From Haliangiales bacterium (lineage in GTDB: Bacteria > Myxococcota_A > Polyangia > Haliangiales > SHYZ01): a stretch of 64,000 nt of DNA. The stretch is from the NCBI GenBank assembly GCA_035259575.1, contig DATFWE010000009.1, forward strand, positions 29,800-93,799, read 5' to 3'. The number at the start of each line of letters is the position of its first letter. Position 1 is the stretch's first letter. Of the stretch, positions 31,369 through 39,951 are shown piece after piece. A model generated the notes under the pieces. The model was not told where the DNA came from, did no database searches, and was given only the letters and a program-made list of their open reading frames with translations. The translations under genes and the position numbers were made by a program.

Positions 31369-32871
31369 ATGAGACGGATCCTGTGTCTCGGGCTCGCGGC
31401 CTGCGCGGCCGGGCCCCCGCCAAAGCCTGCCCTTCCGCCGCAGAAATTCGTCGTGACGCCCGGGCCGGCCCCCGTCGACCGCAGGACCAAGGTGCTCGCC
31501 GCCCTGCCCAAGGTGCAGGAGCTCCTGGGCGAGCGCGCCAAGGCGTTCCCCAGCCTCGCCGTCGGAGTCGTCGTCGGCGGGGAGCTCGTGTGGTCGCGGG
31601 GCTACGGCGTGCGCGACGACGATCAGAAGGACGAGGTGACCGCGTCGACGGTATTTCGCATCGGGTCGATCACCAAGATCGTCACCGGGCTCGCCTTGCT
31701 CAAGCTCCGCGACGAGGGGAAGGTCTCGTTCGACGACCCCGTGGTCGAGACGCTGCCCGAGCTGGCGGGGATCGGCTACCCCACGCGCGACAGCCCGATG
31801 CTGACGCTGCGCCACCTCGTGACCCATTGCTCGGGGCTTCCGCGCGACGGCGCCTACGACCCCGACGGGAGCGCCGCCCCGCCCACTGAGGCGGACATCC
31901 TCGCCGAGGCCGCGGGCCGCACGCTCGCGTTCGCCCCGGGGACCGAGGACGCGTACTCCAACCTCGGCCTCGCGGTCGCCGGCGTCGTGGTCCACCGCGC
32001 CTCCGGGGTGCCGTACCCGACGTACGTGTCCGACCGCCTGCTCGCGCCGCTCGGCATGACGGCCACGGTGTGGGACGACACCAAGGTGCCGGCCGGCCGG
32101 CTGGCCCTGGGGCATCGCCGGTTGGGCGACAAGCTCAGCGCCCACCCCCAGCAGTGGCACCTCGGCGCGGGCGCCGCCACCGGCGGGCTCTACTCCACCG
32201 TCGAAGACATGGCCAAGCTCATCGCGTTCGAGCTCCTGGCCTGGCCGCCGCGCGACGACGCGGAGCAGGGCCTCATCCGCCGCGCGACCGTCAGGGAGTC
32301 GCAGCTCGCGTTCGGCCCGGCGCGCGCCGGGCGCGCCAACTTCGGCGTCGGCTGGGTCATCTACGAGGAGCCGAGCGTCGGCTACACCCTGTTCCACAAC
32401 GGCGCGACGCCGGACTACAGCGCCACGCTGTGGCTGGCGCCCCGCCGGCAAATCGGCGTGGTGGCGATGGCCGGCAGCGGCGACTTCAGCCAGCTCGACG
32501 CCGTCGGCCGCGAGGTCCTGGGGATCCTCGCCGCCGCCGTCCCCGAGCCCACGCGGCCGGTCGGGCCGCCGACGCGCGCCGCTCTCGATCGCCTGCTCAA
32601 GCTCCTCGACAAGCCCGACGAGGCGGGCGTCAAGGCCGCGTTCTCGGAACGGTTCCTCAAGGCGGTGCCGGCGGCGACGGCGGTCTCCACGCTGCAGGCG
32701 ATCCACGGCGACATGGGCGCGTGCACGGGCACCGAGCCCCTCAGCGTGCGCAGCGACACCGACGCGACCGTCCGCGTGACCTGCGACAAGGGCGCGTTCC
32801 TGCTCACGCTGTCGGTGAGCGCCGCCGAGCCGTACCTCATCGACCTCCTCAAGCCGACCCCGATCCAGTGA
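31369..32871 (+). CDS. Serine hydrolase, beta-lactamase/transpeptidase-like fold (class C / PBP4*-like) lipoprotein
   Basis: Lipobox LGLAAC. The SxxK motif is in FRIGSITKIVTG, followed by ..YSNLGLAVAG.. (YxN). Confidence 0.85.
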   Translation: MRRILCLGLAACAAGPPPKPALPPQKFVVTPGPAPVDRRTKVLAALPKVQELLGERAKAFPSLAVGVVVGGELVWSRGYGVRDDDQKDEVTASTVFRIGSITKIVTGLALLKLRDEGKVSFDDPVVETLPELAGIGYPTRDSPMLTLRHLVTHCSGLPRDGAYDPDGSAAPPTEADILAEAAGRTLAFAPGTEDAYSNLGLAVAGVVVHRASGVPYPTYVSDRLLAPLGMTATVWDDTKVPAGRLALGHRRLGDKLSAHPQQWHLGAGAATGGLYSTVEDMAKLIAFELLAWPPRDDAEQGLIRRATVRESQLAFGPARAGRANFGVGWVIYEEPSVGYTLFHNGATPDYSATLWLAPRRQIGVVAMAGSGDFSQLDAVGREVLGILAAAVPEPTRPVGPPTRAALDRLLKLLDKPDEAGVKAAFSERFLKAVPAATAVSTLQAIHGDMGACTGTEPLSVRSDTDATVRVTCDKGAFLLTLSVSAAEPYLIDLLKPTPIQ

Positions 32872-33361
32872 TCTTGCGGATGCGCTGATCGCCGAGGCGG
32901 ACAAGGAGCGCCGCCGCCCGGCCCGCGCCCGGGATGGTCGCGTGCGGCGCGAGCTCGACGAGCGGCGCGAGGGCGAACGCGCGCGCGTGGAGGCGCGGGT
33001 GGGGTAGGCGGAGCTCGGGCTCGTCCACCACGCGGTCGCCCCACAGAAGGAAGTCGAGATCGATGGCGCGCGGACCGCCGGGGACCTCGCGCGATCGGTC
33101 GCGGCCGAGGCGTCGCTCGATGTCGAGCAGCGCGCGGAGAAGATCGACGGGCGCGGGGGCGCGCGAGAAGCTCAGCTCGGCCGCGGCGTTCAGGAACGCC
33201 GGCTGCTCGCGCACCGGCCCGACGGGCGCCGTCTCCCACAGCGACGACAGGCGCACGCCGGCCACGCCCGGAAGCGCGGCCAGGCCCGCGGCCGCCCGGC
33301 CGAACGTCGCGGCGACGTCACCGACGTTGCCCCCGAGGCCGATGTAGGCCAGATCGGACAA
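32849..33361 (-). CDS. folK: 2-amino-4-hydroxy-6-hydroxymethyldihydropteridine diphosphokinase (HPPK)
   Basis: AYIGLGGNVGD.., ..LWETAPVGP..QP.FLNAA.., ..GPRAIDLDFLLWG.., ..LPHPRLHARAFAL.PL... Its 3' end overlaps the convergent upstream gene by 23 nt. Confidence 0.9.
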   Translation of the reverse strand: MSDLAYIGLGGNVGDVAATFGRAAAGLAALPGVAGVRLSSLWETAPVGPVREQPAFLNAAAELSFSRAPAPVDLLRALLDIERRLGRDRSREVPGGPRAIDLDFLLWGDRVVDEPELRLPHPRLHARAFALAPLVELAPHATIPGAGRAAALLVRLGDQRIRKITGSGSA

Positions 33362-33364
33362 TGA

Positions 33365-34531
33365 TCAGACAATGCGGCCGATGCGCTCGACGGCCTCCGC
33401 CAGGCGGGCCTCGGGGGCGCACACGGTGAGGCGCACGAAGCCTTCGCCGCCGGGGCCGAACCCGGTGGCGGGCGTCACCACGACGCCCGCCTCGGACAGG
33501 ACCTTCCCCGCAAAGTCGAGCGACGTGGTCCCCCGCGGCACCTGGACGAGGCAATAGAACGACGCGCGCGGGCGGAGGACGTCGAGCCCCAGCCGCTCGA
33601 GGCCGCCGCACAGGACATCCGCGCGACGGCGGTAGGTGGCGCGCATCTCGGCGACGCACGCCTGGTCGCCGGTCACCGCGGCGATCGCGGCCCGCTGCAC
33701 CGCCTCGAACACGCCGGAATCGACGTTGGTCTTGACCTTGCCGAGCGCGCCCACGAGGTCGCGATTCCCGACGGCGAAGCCGACGCGCCACCCGGTCATG
33801 TTGTACGTCTTCGACAGCGAGTAGAACTCGATCGCCACGTCGCGGGCGCCGGGCACCTCGAGGAGCGAGCCGGGGCGATCGGCCTCGTCGAAGTAGACCT
33901 CGCTGTAGGCGAGGTCGGACGCGAGGACGACGTCGTGGGCGCGCGCGAACGCGACGAGCGCCTCGTAGAACCCGCGCGAGGCGAGCGCCGCCGTCGGGTT
34001 GTTGGGGTAGTTGACCCACATGACCTTGGCGCGGCGCGCGACGGCGGCGGGAATCGCCGCGAGGTCGGGCAGGAACCCATTCTCGCGGCGAAGCGGCACC
34101 CCGCCGACCTCACCCCCGACGAAGCGGGTGCCGGTCGCGTAGACCGGGTAGCCGGGGTCGGGGCAGAGGACGAGGTCGCCGGGGTCCACGAGCGCCAGCG
34201 GCAGATGCGCGATCCCCTCCTTGGACCCGATGAGGGTCAGCACTTCCGCCTGCGGGTCGAGCTCGACGCCGAAGCGCCGGCGGTAGAAGTCGGCGCAGGC
34301 GCGGCGCGTCTCCAGCATGCCCGCGTAGGAGGGATACCGGTGGTGCGCCGGGTCGGCCGCCGCCGCCTGCAGCGCGGCGACGATGTGGGGCGGGGTGGGG
34401 AGGTCGGGATCGCCGATCCCCAGATCGATGACGTCCACGCCGCGGGCCTTCTGATCGTTCTTGAGCTCGTCGATGCGGGCGAAGAGGTACGGCGGCAGCT
34501 CGCGGATGCGCTGGGCGATCTTGGGCTTCAT
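33365..34531 (-). CDS. Class I/II PLP-dependent aminotransferase (LL-diaminopimelate/aspartate aminotransferase-like)
   Basis: MKPKIAQRIRELPPYLFARIDELK..VIDLGIGDPDLPTP.., NYPNNPT, and the PLP-lysine motif YSLSKTYNMTGWR. The ATG at 34531 overlaps the upstream TGA (ATGA). Confidence 0.85.
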   Translation of the reverse strand: MKPKIAQRIRELPPYLFARIDELKNDQKARGVDVIDLGIGDPDLPTPPHIVAALQAAAADPAHHRYPSYAGMLETRRACADFYRRRFGVELDPQAEVLTLIGSKEGIAHLPLALVDPGDLVLCPDPGYPVYATGTRFVGGEVGGVPLRRENGFLPDLAAIPAAVARRAKVMWVNYPNNPTAALASRGFYEALVAFARAHDVVLASDLAYSEVYFDEADRPGSLLEVPGARDVAIEFYSLSKTYNMTGWRVGFAVGNRDLVGALGKVKTNVDSGVFEAVQRAAIAAVTGDQACVAEMRATYRRRADVLCGGLERLGLDVLRPRASFYCLVQVPRGTTSLDFAGKVLSEAGVVVTPATGFGPGGEGFVRLTVCAPEARLAEAVERIGRIV

Positions 34532-35157
34532 GAAGCTCCTTCGGGCTCCTCGATGACCGGATTCCTGAGGACGCCGATCGCCTCGATCTCCACCTCCACG
34601 ATGTCGCCGGCGAACAGCGGCCCGACGCCGGGCGGCGTGCCGGTCGTGATGATGTCCCCTTCCTCGAGGGTCATGACGCGGGACACGAACGCGATGAGCG
34701 TCGGGACGTCGAAGATCATGTCCGCGGTGGTCGATCGCTGGCGCACCTCGCCGTTGAGGCGCGTCTCGATGCGCAGGCGCGACGCGTCCAGCCCGGACAC
34801 GACGCGCGGCCCGCACGGGGCGAAGCTGTCGAACCCCTTGGCGCGCGTGTACTGGACGTCCTTGCGCTGGAGCTCGCGCACCGTCACGTCGTTCATGCAT
34901 GTGAAGCCGGCCACGACGTCGAGGGCGCGGTCGCGCGTGACGCGGCGGGCGCGCCGGCCGATGACGACCGCGAGCTCGCCTTCGTAGTGGATCTCACGCC
35001 AGGCGCCACGCGGCCGGACGATGGGGTCGTCCGGGCCGATGATGGCCGAGGGGGGCTTGAGGAACAGGAGGGGCTCCTCCGGGAGTGGCTTCTTCATCTC
35101 CTCCGCGTGGGCCCGGTAGTTGAGACCGACGCCGATGATCTTGGTGGGGCGGAGCAC
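34528..35157 (-). CDS. Fumarylacetoacetate hydrolase (FAH) family protein
   Basis: KIIGVGLNYRAHAEE.., ..HYEGELAVVIG.., ..NDVTVRELQ.., ..GDIITTGTPPGVGPL.. are FAH-family blocks. Confidence 0.85.
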   Translation of the reverse strand: MLRPTKIIGVGLNYRAHAEEMKKPLPEEPLLFLKPPSAIIGPDDPIVRPRGAWREIHYEGELAVVIGRRARRVTRDRALDVVAGFTCMNDVTVRELQRKDVQYTRAKGFDSFAPCGPRVVSGLDASRLRIETRLNGEVRQRSTTADMIFDVPTLIAFVSRVMTLEEGDIITTGTPPGVGPLFAGDIVEVEIEAIGVLRNPVIEEPEGAS

Positions 35158-35182
35158 CCGGGCCTTATAGCACGCCCGTGGT

Positions 35183-36772
35183 ATGCTCGCGCCGATGTCC
35201 GCTCCGCTGCCACCTTCGGGCGGCGACTCCGACGACGAGCCCCCAGGCGATAAAACCTTCGTGGATCCAAATGTTTACGACGGGAAGTGGGACGAGAGCA
35301 CCGTGGACGAGCGGGGCGGCCGAAGGGCTGCCGAAGCGGGCGAGGCGGGATCCGCCCCGGCCCGGGTCGCGCGCCTCCGGGTGACCGGCGGGAGCGACCG
35401 GGGGCGGGAATTCGTGCTCGGGGACGCGGAGACGTCGGTCGGCCGGGGCACGACGAATGGCATCATCCTCACCGACCTCTCGGTCTCGCGGAAGCACCTC
35501 CTCGTCCTCTACGACGGCACGGAATACCGCATCAAGGACCTCGGGTCGGGGAACGGGACCGTGGTGAACGGGGAGATCCTCGAGGGCGAGGGCCCGCTCC
35601 GGGACGGGGACACGATCGACCTCGGCAAGACGACGCTGCGGTTCGCCTTTCCGCCCACCGGGGCGGAACGCCGCGGCTCGGCCGCGCCCGCCAAACCGCG
35701 CCCGCACCCGCTTTCGCCGGACGTCGCTGCGCGGCAGACGCTGCCGCTCGGGACGTCGGGCGCCTCGCCGCCGATGCGTCGGGCGACCGCGTCGTCGTCC
35801 AAGACACCGCCTCCTTCGCCGTCGGGGGGACCGGGCGCGCCGGCCGCCGCGGCGCCGGCGCCGTTCGTGCCGACGGTGCAGACGCCCGCCGTGGCGCCGC
35901 CGCGCCGGACTGCCCGCCTCCTGGCCATGTTCATGGCCGGTGTGGGCCTCCTGGCGCTGGGGTTCGGCATCCTCGCGCTGGTGGGACCACGCCGGTCGAC
36001 GCGAACCGTGGCCGTGCCGATCCCGGCCCCGGTGCCCGTTCCGGTGGCCACGGGGGCCAAGCCCGAGCCCAAGCCCGAGGCCGCCCCGCCGGCGACGCCG
36101 CCCGAGCCCGCCCCGTCGGTGACGCCGCTCGCGGAGGAGCCCAGGCCGGCCAAGCCGGCCGCCGCCGCCGTGGCGCCCCTCAAGAAGAAGGCCGCGGCGG
36201 AGACGGGGTCGGCCGAGCACCCCGCCGAGAAGACCGCCGCGGTGCAGTACCGGGACAAGCAGTTCGCCGAGGCGGCGCGCATCCTGCGCGCCGCGGCCGA
36301 CGCCGACCCCGCGAGCGCCCCGCGCCTCAACGCGATGGCGAAGGACTTCGTGGCGGTGGGCGCGGGCCTGGCGCGCGGCGACGCGGCCGCGGCGGCGAGC
36401 CCCGCCCAGTCGCTCGTCGCCTACCAGGAGGCGCTGGCGGCCGACCTCCGCGCGGGCGGATTCCACGCGCCGGGGATCCGCTCCAAGCTCGCGCGGGTCG
36501 CGCCGGCGGCGGCGGCGTCCTACCTCGGCGCGAACCGCTACGAGCAGGCGCGCGCCGCCTGCGACCTGGCGCAGAACTTCGGCGCCGGCGGGGACGAGCG
36601 CGTCGCCCGCGTGCGCAACGAGCTCGAGGCCAAGGCGCGCGAGCTGTTTCAGGCCGCACAGGAGCTGTCGCGCGACAAGCCCGACGAGGCGCGCTCGCTC
36701 TACCGGCGCATTACCCAGATCGTGCCGGAGGGGAGCCAGTGGCACGAGAAGGCGTCGAGCTCCCTGCGCTAG
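35183..36772 (+). CDS. FHA-domain membrane protein with Pro/Ala-rich linker and helical C-terminal domain
   Basis: FHA core ..VGRGTTNGIILTDLSVSRKHLLVLYDGTEYRIKDLGSGNGTVVNGE... TM segment LLAMFMAGVGLLALGFGILALV. The start could also be the ATG at 35195. Confidence 0.8.
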   Translation: MLAPMSAPLPPSGGDSDDEPPGDKTFVDPNVYDGKWDESTVDERGGRRAAEAGEAGSAPARVARLRVTGGSDRGREFVLGDAETSVGRGTTNGIILTDLSVSRKHLLVLYDGTEYRIKDLGSGNGTVVNGEILEGEGPLRDGDTIDLGKTTLRFAFPPTGAERRGSAAPAKPRPHPLSPDVAARQTLPLGTSGASPPMRRATASSSKTPPPSPSGGPGAPAAAAPAPFVPTVQTPAVAPPRRTARLLAMFMAGVGLLALGFGILALVGPRRSTRTVAVPIPAPVPVPVATGAKPEPKPEAAPPATPPEPAPSVTPLAEEPRPAKPAAAAVAPLKKKAAAETGSAEHPAEKTAAVQYRDKQFAEAARILRAAADADPASAPRLNAMAKDFVAVGAGLARGDAAAAASPAQSLVAYQEALAADLRAGGFHAPGIRSKLARVAPAAAASYLGANRYEQARAACDLAQNFGAGGDERVARVRNELEAKARELFQAAQELSRDKPDEARSLYRRITQIVPEGSQWHEKASSSLR

Positions 36773-36803
36773 CGGGGATCGCGCCGAAGGCGCGAGAACC
36801 CCG
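36773..36803. terminator. GC-rich hairpin between convergent genes (candidate bidirectional terminator)
   Basis: In cggggatcgcgccgaaggcgcgagaaccccg, the inner stem TCGCGCC/GGCGCGA pairs around GAA and the outer stem CGGGG/CCCCG closes it. A T-containing tail ctactctttcc follows. It lies immediately after the TAG at 36770-36772. Confidence 0.45.
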
Positions 36804-36820
36804 CTACTCTTTCCGGCTCT

Positions 36821-37210
36821 TCAGCGCCTTTTGGCCAGCACCCGCTCGATCGCTTTTTCCAGCTCGTCGAACTCGAACGGCTTGTCGATGTGCTCGTCGG
36901 CGCCGTAGAGCGGCGACGTCATCTCGTTCATCTTCTCGCCGATGGCGGTGAGGATGATGATGCCGATGTCCTTGGTCGCCTCGTCCTGCCGAAGCGCCCG
37001 CGCCACCTCCCAGCCGTTCTTGAGGGGCATCATCACGTCGAGGACGATGACGTTCGGCCGGCGCTGCCTCGCCTCGGCGATCGTTTTTTCGCCGTCTTGC
37101 GCCTCGGAGACCTCGTAGCCGCGTTTGGCGAGACGCAGGCTGAGCATCCCGAGGATCTCGGGGTCGTCGTCCGCCACGAGGATCTTGGCCTTGGTCGCCG
37201 CCTTCGCCAT
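36821..37210 (-). CDS. Single-domain response regulator (CheY-like receiver)
   Basis: KILVADDDPEIL.., phospho-acceptor context VIVLDVMMP, ..IIILTA.., and ..DKPFEFDEL... Confidence 0.9.
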   Translation of the reverse strand: MAKAATKAKILVADDDPEILGMLSLRLAKRGYEVSEAQDGEKTIAEARQRRPNVIVLDVMMPLKNGWEVARALRQDEATKDIGIIILTAIGEKMNEMTSPLYGADEHIDKPFEFDELEKAIERVLAKRR

Positions 37211-37276
37211 CGCTTCACGCTACGACGAACGTGGAGCAGGAATCAAGCCATCCCAAACACATGCTAAGACCAGCCA

Positions 37277-38245
37277 ATGCCTAAGGTTTGGCGCCGCCTG
37301 CTCCTCGTGGCCCTGGTGGCCGTGGCGGTGTTCGCCGGCTTCTCCATCTACGCCGACGTATCCAAGCTGGGCGATCGGCTCGCGCACCTGGCTCCCGGGG
37401 CGGTGGTCGCGGCGCTCCTCCTGGCGCTCGGCAACTACGTCATCCGGTTCTGGCGCTGGGAGCTCTACCTGCGCGCCGTCGGCGTCGAGGCGCCGAGGAA
37501 GACGAGCCTCCAGGTGTTCGTGGCGGGGTTCGCCATGTCGGTGACGCCGGGGAAGCTCGGTGAGCTCGTCAAGGCGGTGCTCCTGCGCGAGGCGGCCGGC
37601 GCGCCGGTGGAGCGGACCGCCCCCGTCGTCGTGGCCGAGCGCGTCACGGACCTGGTCGCGCTCGTCATCCTCGGCATCGTCGGCGTGGCCGCGTACGGCG
37701 TGGCCCGGTCGATGGTGGTCGCGGCGGCGGTCGTCACGGGCGCCGGCCTGGCCGTGCTGTCGTCGCGACGGCTCGCGGGCGGTGTCATCGCGCTGGTCGC
37801 GCGCATCCCGCGCGTCGGGCGCATCGCGCCGCGCCTCTACGACGCGTACCGCCACATGGGCGCGCTGGTGCGGCCGCGCCCCCTCGCGTGGGCGACGGCG
37901 CTGGGCATCGCCGCGTGGCTGTGCGAGTGCATCGGCTTCGCCGTCATCTGCCGCGGCTTTCCCGGCGCCGACGTCCCGCTCGGGCTGGCCACGCTCATCT
38001 ATGCCGCCACCACCGTCGCCGGCGCGCTGTCGTTCCTCCCCGGGGGGCTCCTCGTGACCGAGGCGTCCATGACGCTGCTCCTGGTCGAGTGGGCGCACGG
38101 CCTCGACCGGCCGGCCGCCGTCGCGGCGACGATCGTGACGCGCTTGTGCACGCTGTGGTTCGCGGTGATCCTCGGGATCGTCGCGTTCGCCGCGCTCCGC
38201 CGCGACAAGCCGGCCGCGGCGGCCGCCCTGGCGCCCGAGCGGTGA
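37277..38245 (+). CDS. UPF0104 / lysyl-phosphatidylglycerol-synthase-TM-like ('flippase-like') integral membrane protein
   Basis: About 8 TM segments. The family-like N-terminus is ..RLLLVALVAVAVFAGFSIY...LGNYVIRFWRWELYLR... First gene of the tightly spaced plus-strand operon. Confidence 0.7.
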   Translation: MPKVWRRLLLVALVAVAVFAGFSIYADVSKLGDRLAHLAPGAVVAALLLALGNYVIRFWRWELYLRAVGVEAPRKTSLQVFVAGFAMSVTPGKLGELVKAVLLREAAGAPVERTAPVVVAERVTDLVALVILGIVGVAAYGVARSMVVAAAVVTGAGLAVLSSRRLAGGVIALVARIPRVGRIAPRLYDAYRHMGALVRPRPLAWATALGIAAWLCECIGFAVICRGFPGADVPLGLATLIYAATTVAGALSFLPGGLLVTEASMTLLLVEWAHGLDRPAAVAATIVTRLCTLWFAVILGIVAFAALRRDKPAAAAALAPER

Positions 38246-38246
38246 C

Positions 38247-38666
38247 ATGACGGACGAGGAGCGTCCGCCGTTCGTCCTCCGCTGGGTCCTCCTCTTCGGG
38301 GCGGGCCTGGTGGCGACGGCGATGACGCTCATGGTGATCTTCCTCCGCCAGCCCAAACCGCCGCCGCTGGGGACGCCCGCGCTGGAGCGGCAGGGAGAGT
38401 ACCTGGTGTGCCACCCCGCGGGCCGCGGGTACCTCATCCTCGCGTCGGCCCAGGACGGCCGCGTGACGATCCACATTCCCCGGCGCGGCGCGGGCGCGAG
38501 CGCGCTCGTCGACGATCAGGCCGGCATCCCCCTCGCCGACCTGCCGCACGGGACGATCTACGCCTTCTTCAGCCTGCACCCCATCTCCGTCGGCACGGTC
38601 ATGTCGCGCCTGGCGCGCGGCGTGGAGGAAGTTCCCGAGGCCACAACCGTCGTCTTCCGCTGGTAG
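38247..38666 (+). CDS. Hypothetical membrane-anchored protein
   Basis: The ATG lies 1 nt after the upstream stop. N-terminal TM WVLLFGAGLVATAMTLMVIFL. No recognisable family. Confidence 0.5.
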   Translation: MTDEERPPFVLRWVLLFGAGLVATAMTLMVIFLRQPKPPPLGTPALERQGEYLVCHPAGRGYLILASAQDGRVTIHIPRRGAGASALVDDQAGIPLADLPHGTIYAFFSLHPISVGTVMSRLARGVEEVPEATTVVFRW

Positions 38667-38675
38667 TATTCACCC

Positions 38676-39176
38676 GTGACGCATTTCGCCTTCGCGCACG
38701 ACTTCGACGCCGATCCGGAGCGCTACTGGCGACTGTTCTTCGACGAGCCCTACAACACGGATCTCTACGCCCGGCTGAAGACGAAGGACCGCACGGTCCT
38801 CGTCCATACGGAGGACGACGCCACGATCCACTTCGAGCAGAAGGTCGTCCCCCGCCGCGATCTCCCCGGCGTCATCAAGAAGATCGTCCGCGGCGACCTC
38901 GGCTACGTCGAGACCGCGACGTACCACAAGGGCAAGAGCTACATGGACGTGAAGATCGAGCCGACGCTGTTCCGGGATCGCACCAGGGTGCGCGCCCGCT
39001 ACACCGTCACGGCGCTCGCGCCGGGGAAGGTGCGGCGGACGTTCGAGGGGGACATCCACGTGGACATCCCGCTCATTGGACGGCGCGTGGAGGCGGCGGT
39101 GCTCGAGGACGTGAAACGCAGCTATGACGTGGCCGCCGAGGTCACGAGGGAGTGGCTCGCAAATGGCGCGCGGTGA
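38676..39176 (+). CDS. SRPBCC-superfamily protein (DUF2505-like)
   Basis: 166 aa. ..DADPERYWRLFFDEPYNTDLY.. and the C-terminal ..IPLIGRRVEAAVLEDVKRSYDVAAEVTREWL resemble DUF2505/polyketide-cyclase-like lipid-binding folds. Recalled from memory, not searched. Confidence 0.55.
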   Translation: MTHFAFAHDFDADPERYWRLFFDEPYNTDLYARLKTKDRTVLVHTEDDATIHFEQKVVPRRDLPGVIKKIVRGDLGYVETATYHKGKSYMDVKIEPTLFRDRTRVRARYTVTALAPGKVRRTFEGDIHVDIPLIGRRVEAAVLEDVKRSYDVAAEVTREWLANGAR

Positions 39177-39951
39177 CGTGGAGTTCGACTTCCAGCGCTA
39201 CGTGGCGCTGCGGCGCGGGCAGGCGGAGAAGCGCGCGCGCGACGGCGCGGCCTACGCCTACCGCGGCGAGCATCGCATCCGCCGCACGCTGACGGTGGCG
39301 CGCCCGGTGGCGATCGCCATCGAGGCGACGGTGCGGCTGTGGCAGTCCAAGGCGCGCGACGAGCTGTTCGCATCGGGCGTCAAGGCCACCGGCGCCGACC
39401 ACCCGCGCGCGCACCAGCTCGTCGCGCGCGCGGCGAAGGTGCTGGGCATCCCGGCGCCGCCGACGTACGTCGCCGGCGAGGGCCGCGAGGTGCTCGCGCT
39501 CGGCACGGACGAGGAGGCCTACCTCGTCGTGCCGGCCAAGGCGCTGGACTCGTTCGACGACGCCGAGCTGTCGTTCGCGCTGGGCCACGCGCTGGGCCAC
39601 GTCCACAACGGGCAGGTCGTCTTGACGACCGCGCTCTACTATCTCAGCCACGACGCCGCGTTCTACGTGCGCTGGGTGGTGCAGCCGGCGATCCTGGCGC
39701 TGAAGGGCTGGCTGCGGCGCGCCGAGATCACCTGCGACCGCGCCGGGCTCCTCGCCAGCCCGAGCCTGGACGCGGCGACGGCCGTGCTGGACAAGCAGGG
39801 CGTGCGCGGCGGCCGCCGCGACAAGCGCCTGGCGGCGCTGCGCCTGTTCGCCGACTCCGCCTTCTTCCGCGCCCACGCCGGGACGGGCCCGGGCGGCCTC
39901 AGCGCCACCGAGCTCGACGACGAGGTGGCCAAGATCGTGAGCCTGCTATGA
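39163..39951 (+). CDS. M48-like metalloprotease homologue with a degenerate active site (HALGH in place of HExxH)
   Basis: The context ..ELSFALGHALGHVHNGQVV.. and the downstream ..AEITCDRAGLL.. resemble M48/HtpX-like peptidases. The codon at the Glu position is GCG (Ala). The ATG at 39163 overlaps the upstream gene by 14 nt. Confidence 0.65.
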   Translation: MARGDVEFDFQRYVALRRGQAEKRARDGAAYAYRGEHRIRRTLTVARPVAIAIEATVRLWQSKARDELFASGVKATGADHPRAHQLVARAAKVLGIPAPPTYVAGEGREVLALGTDEEAYLVVPAKALDSFDDAELSFALGHALGHVHNGQVVLTTALYYLSHDAAFYVRWVVQPAILALKGWLRRAEITCDRAGLLASPSLDAATAVLDKQGVRGGRRDKRLAALRLFADSAFFRAHAGTGPGGLSATELDDEVAKIVSLL

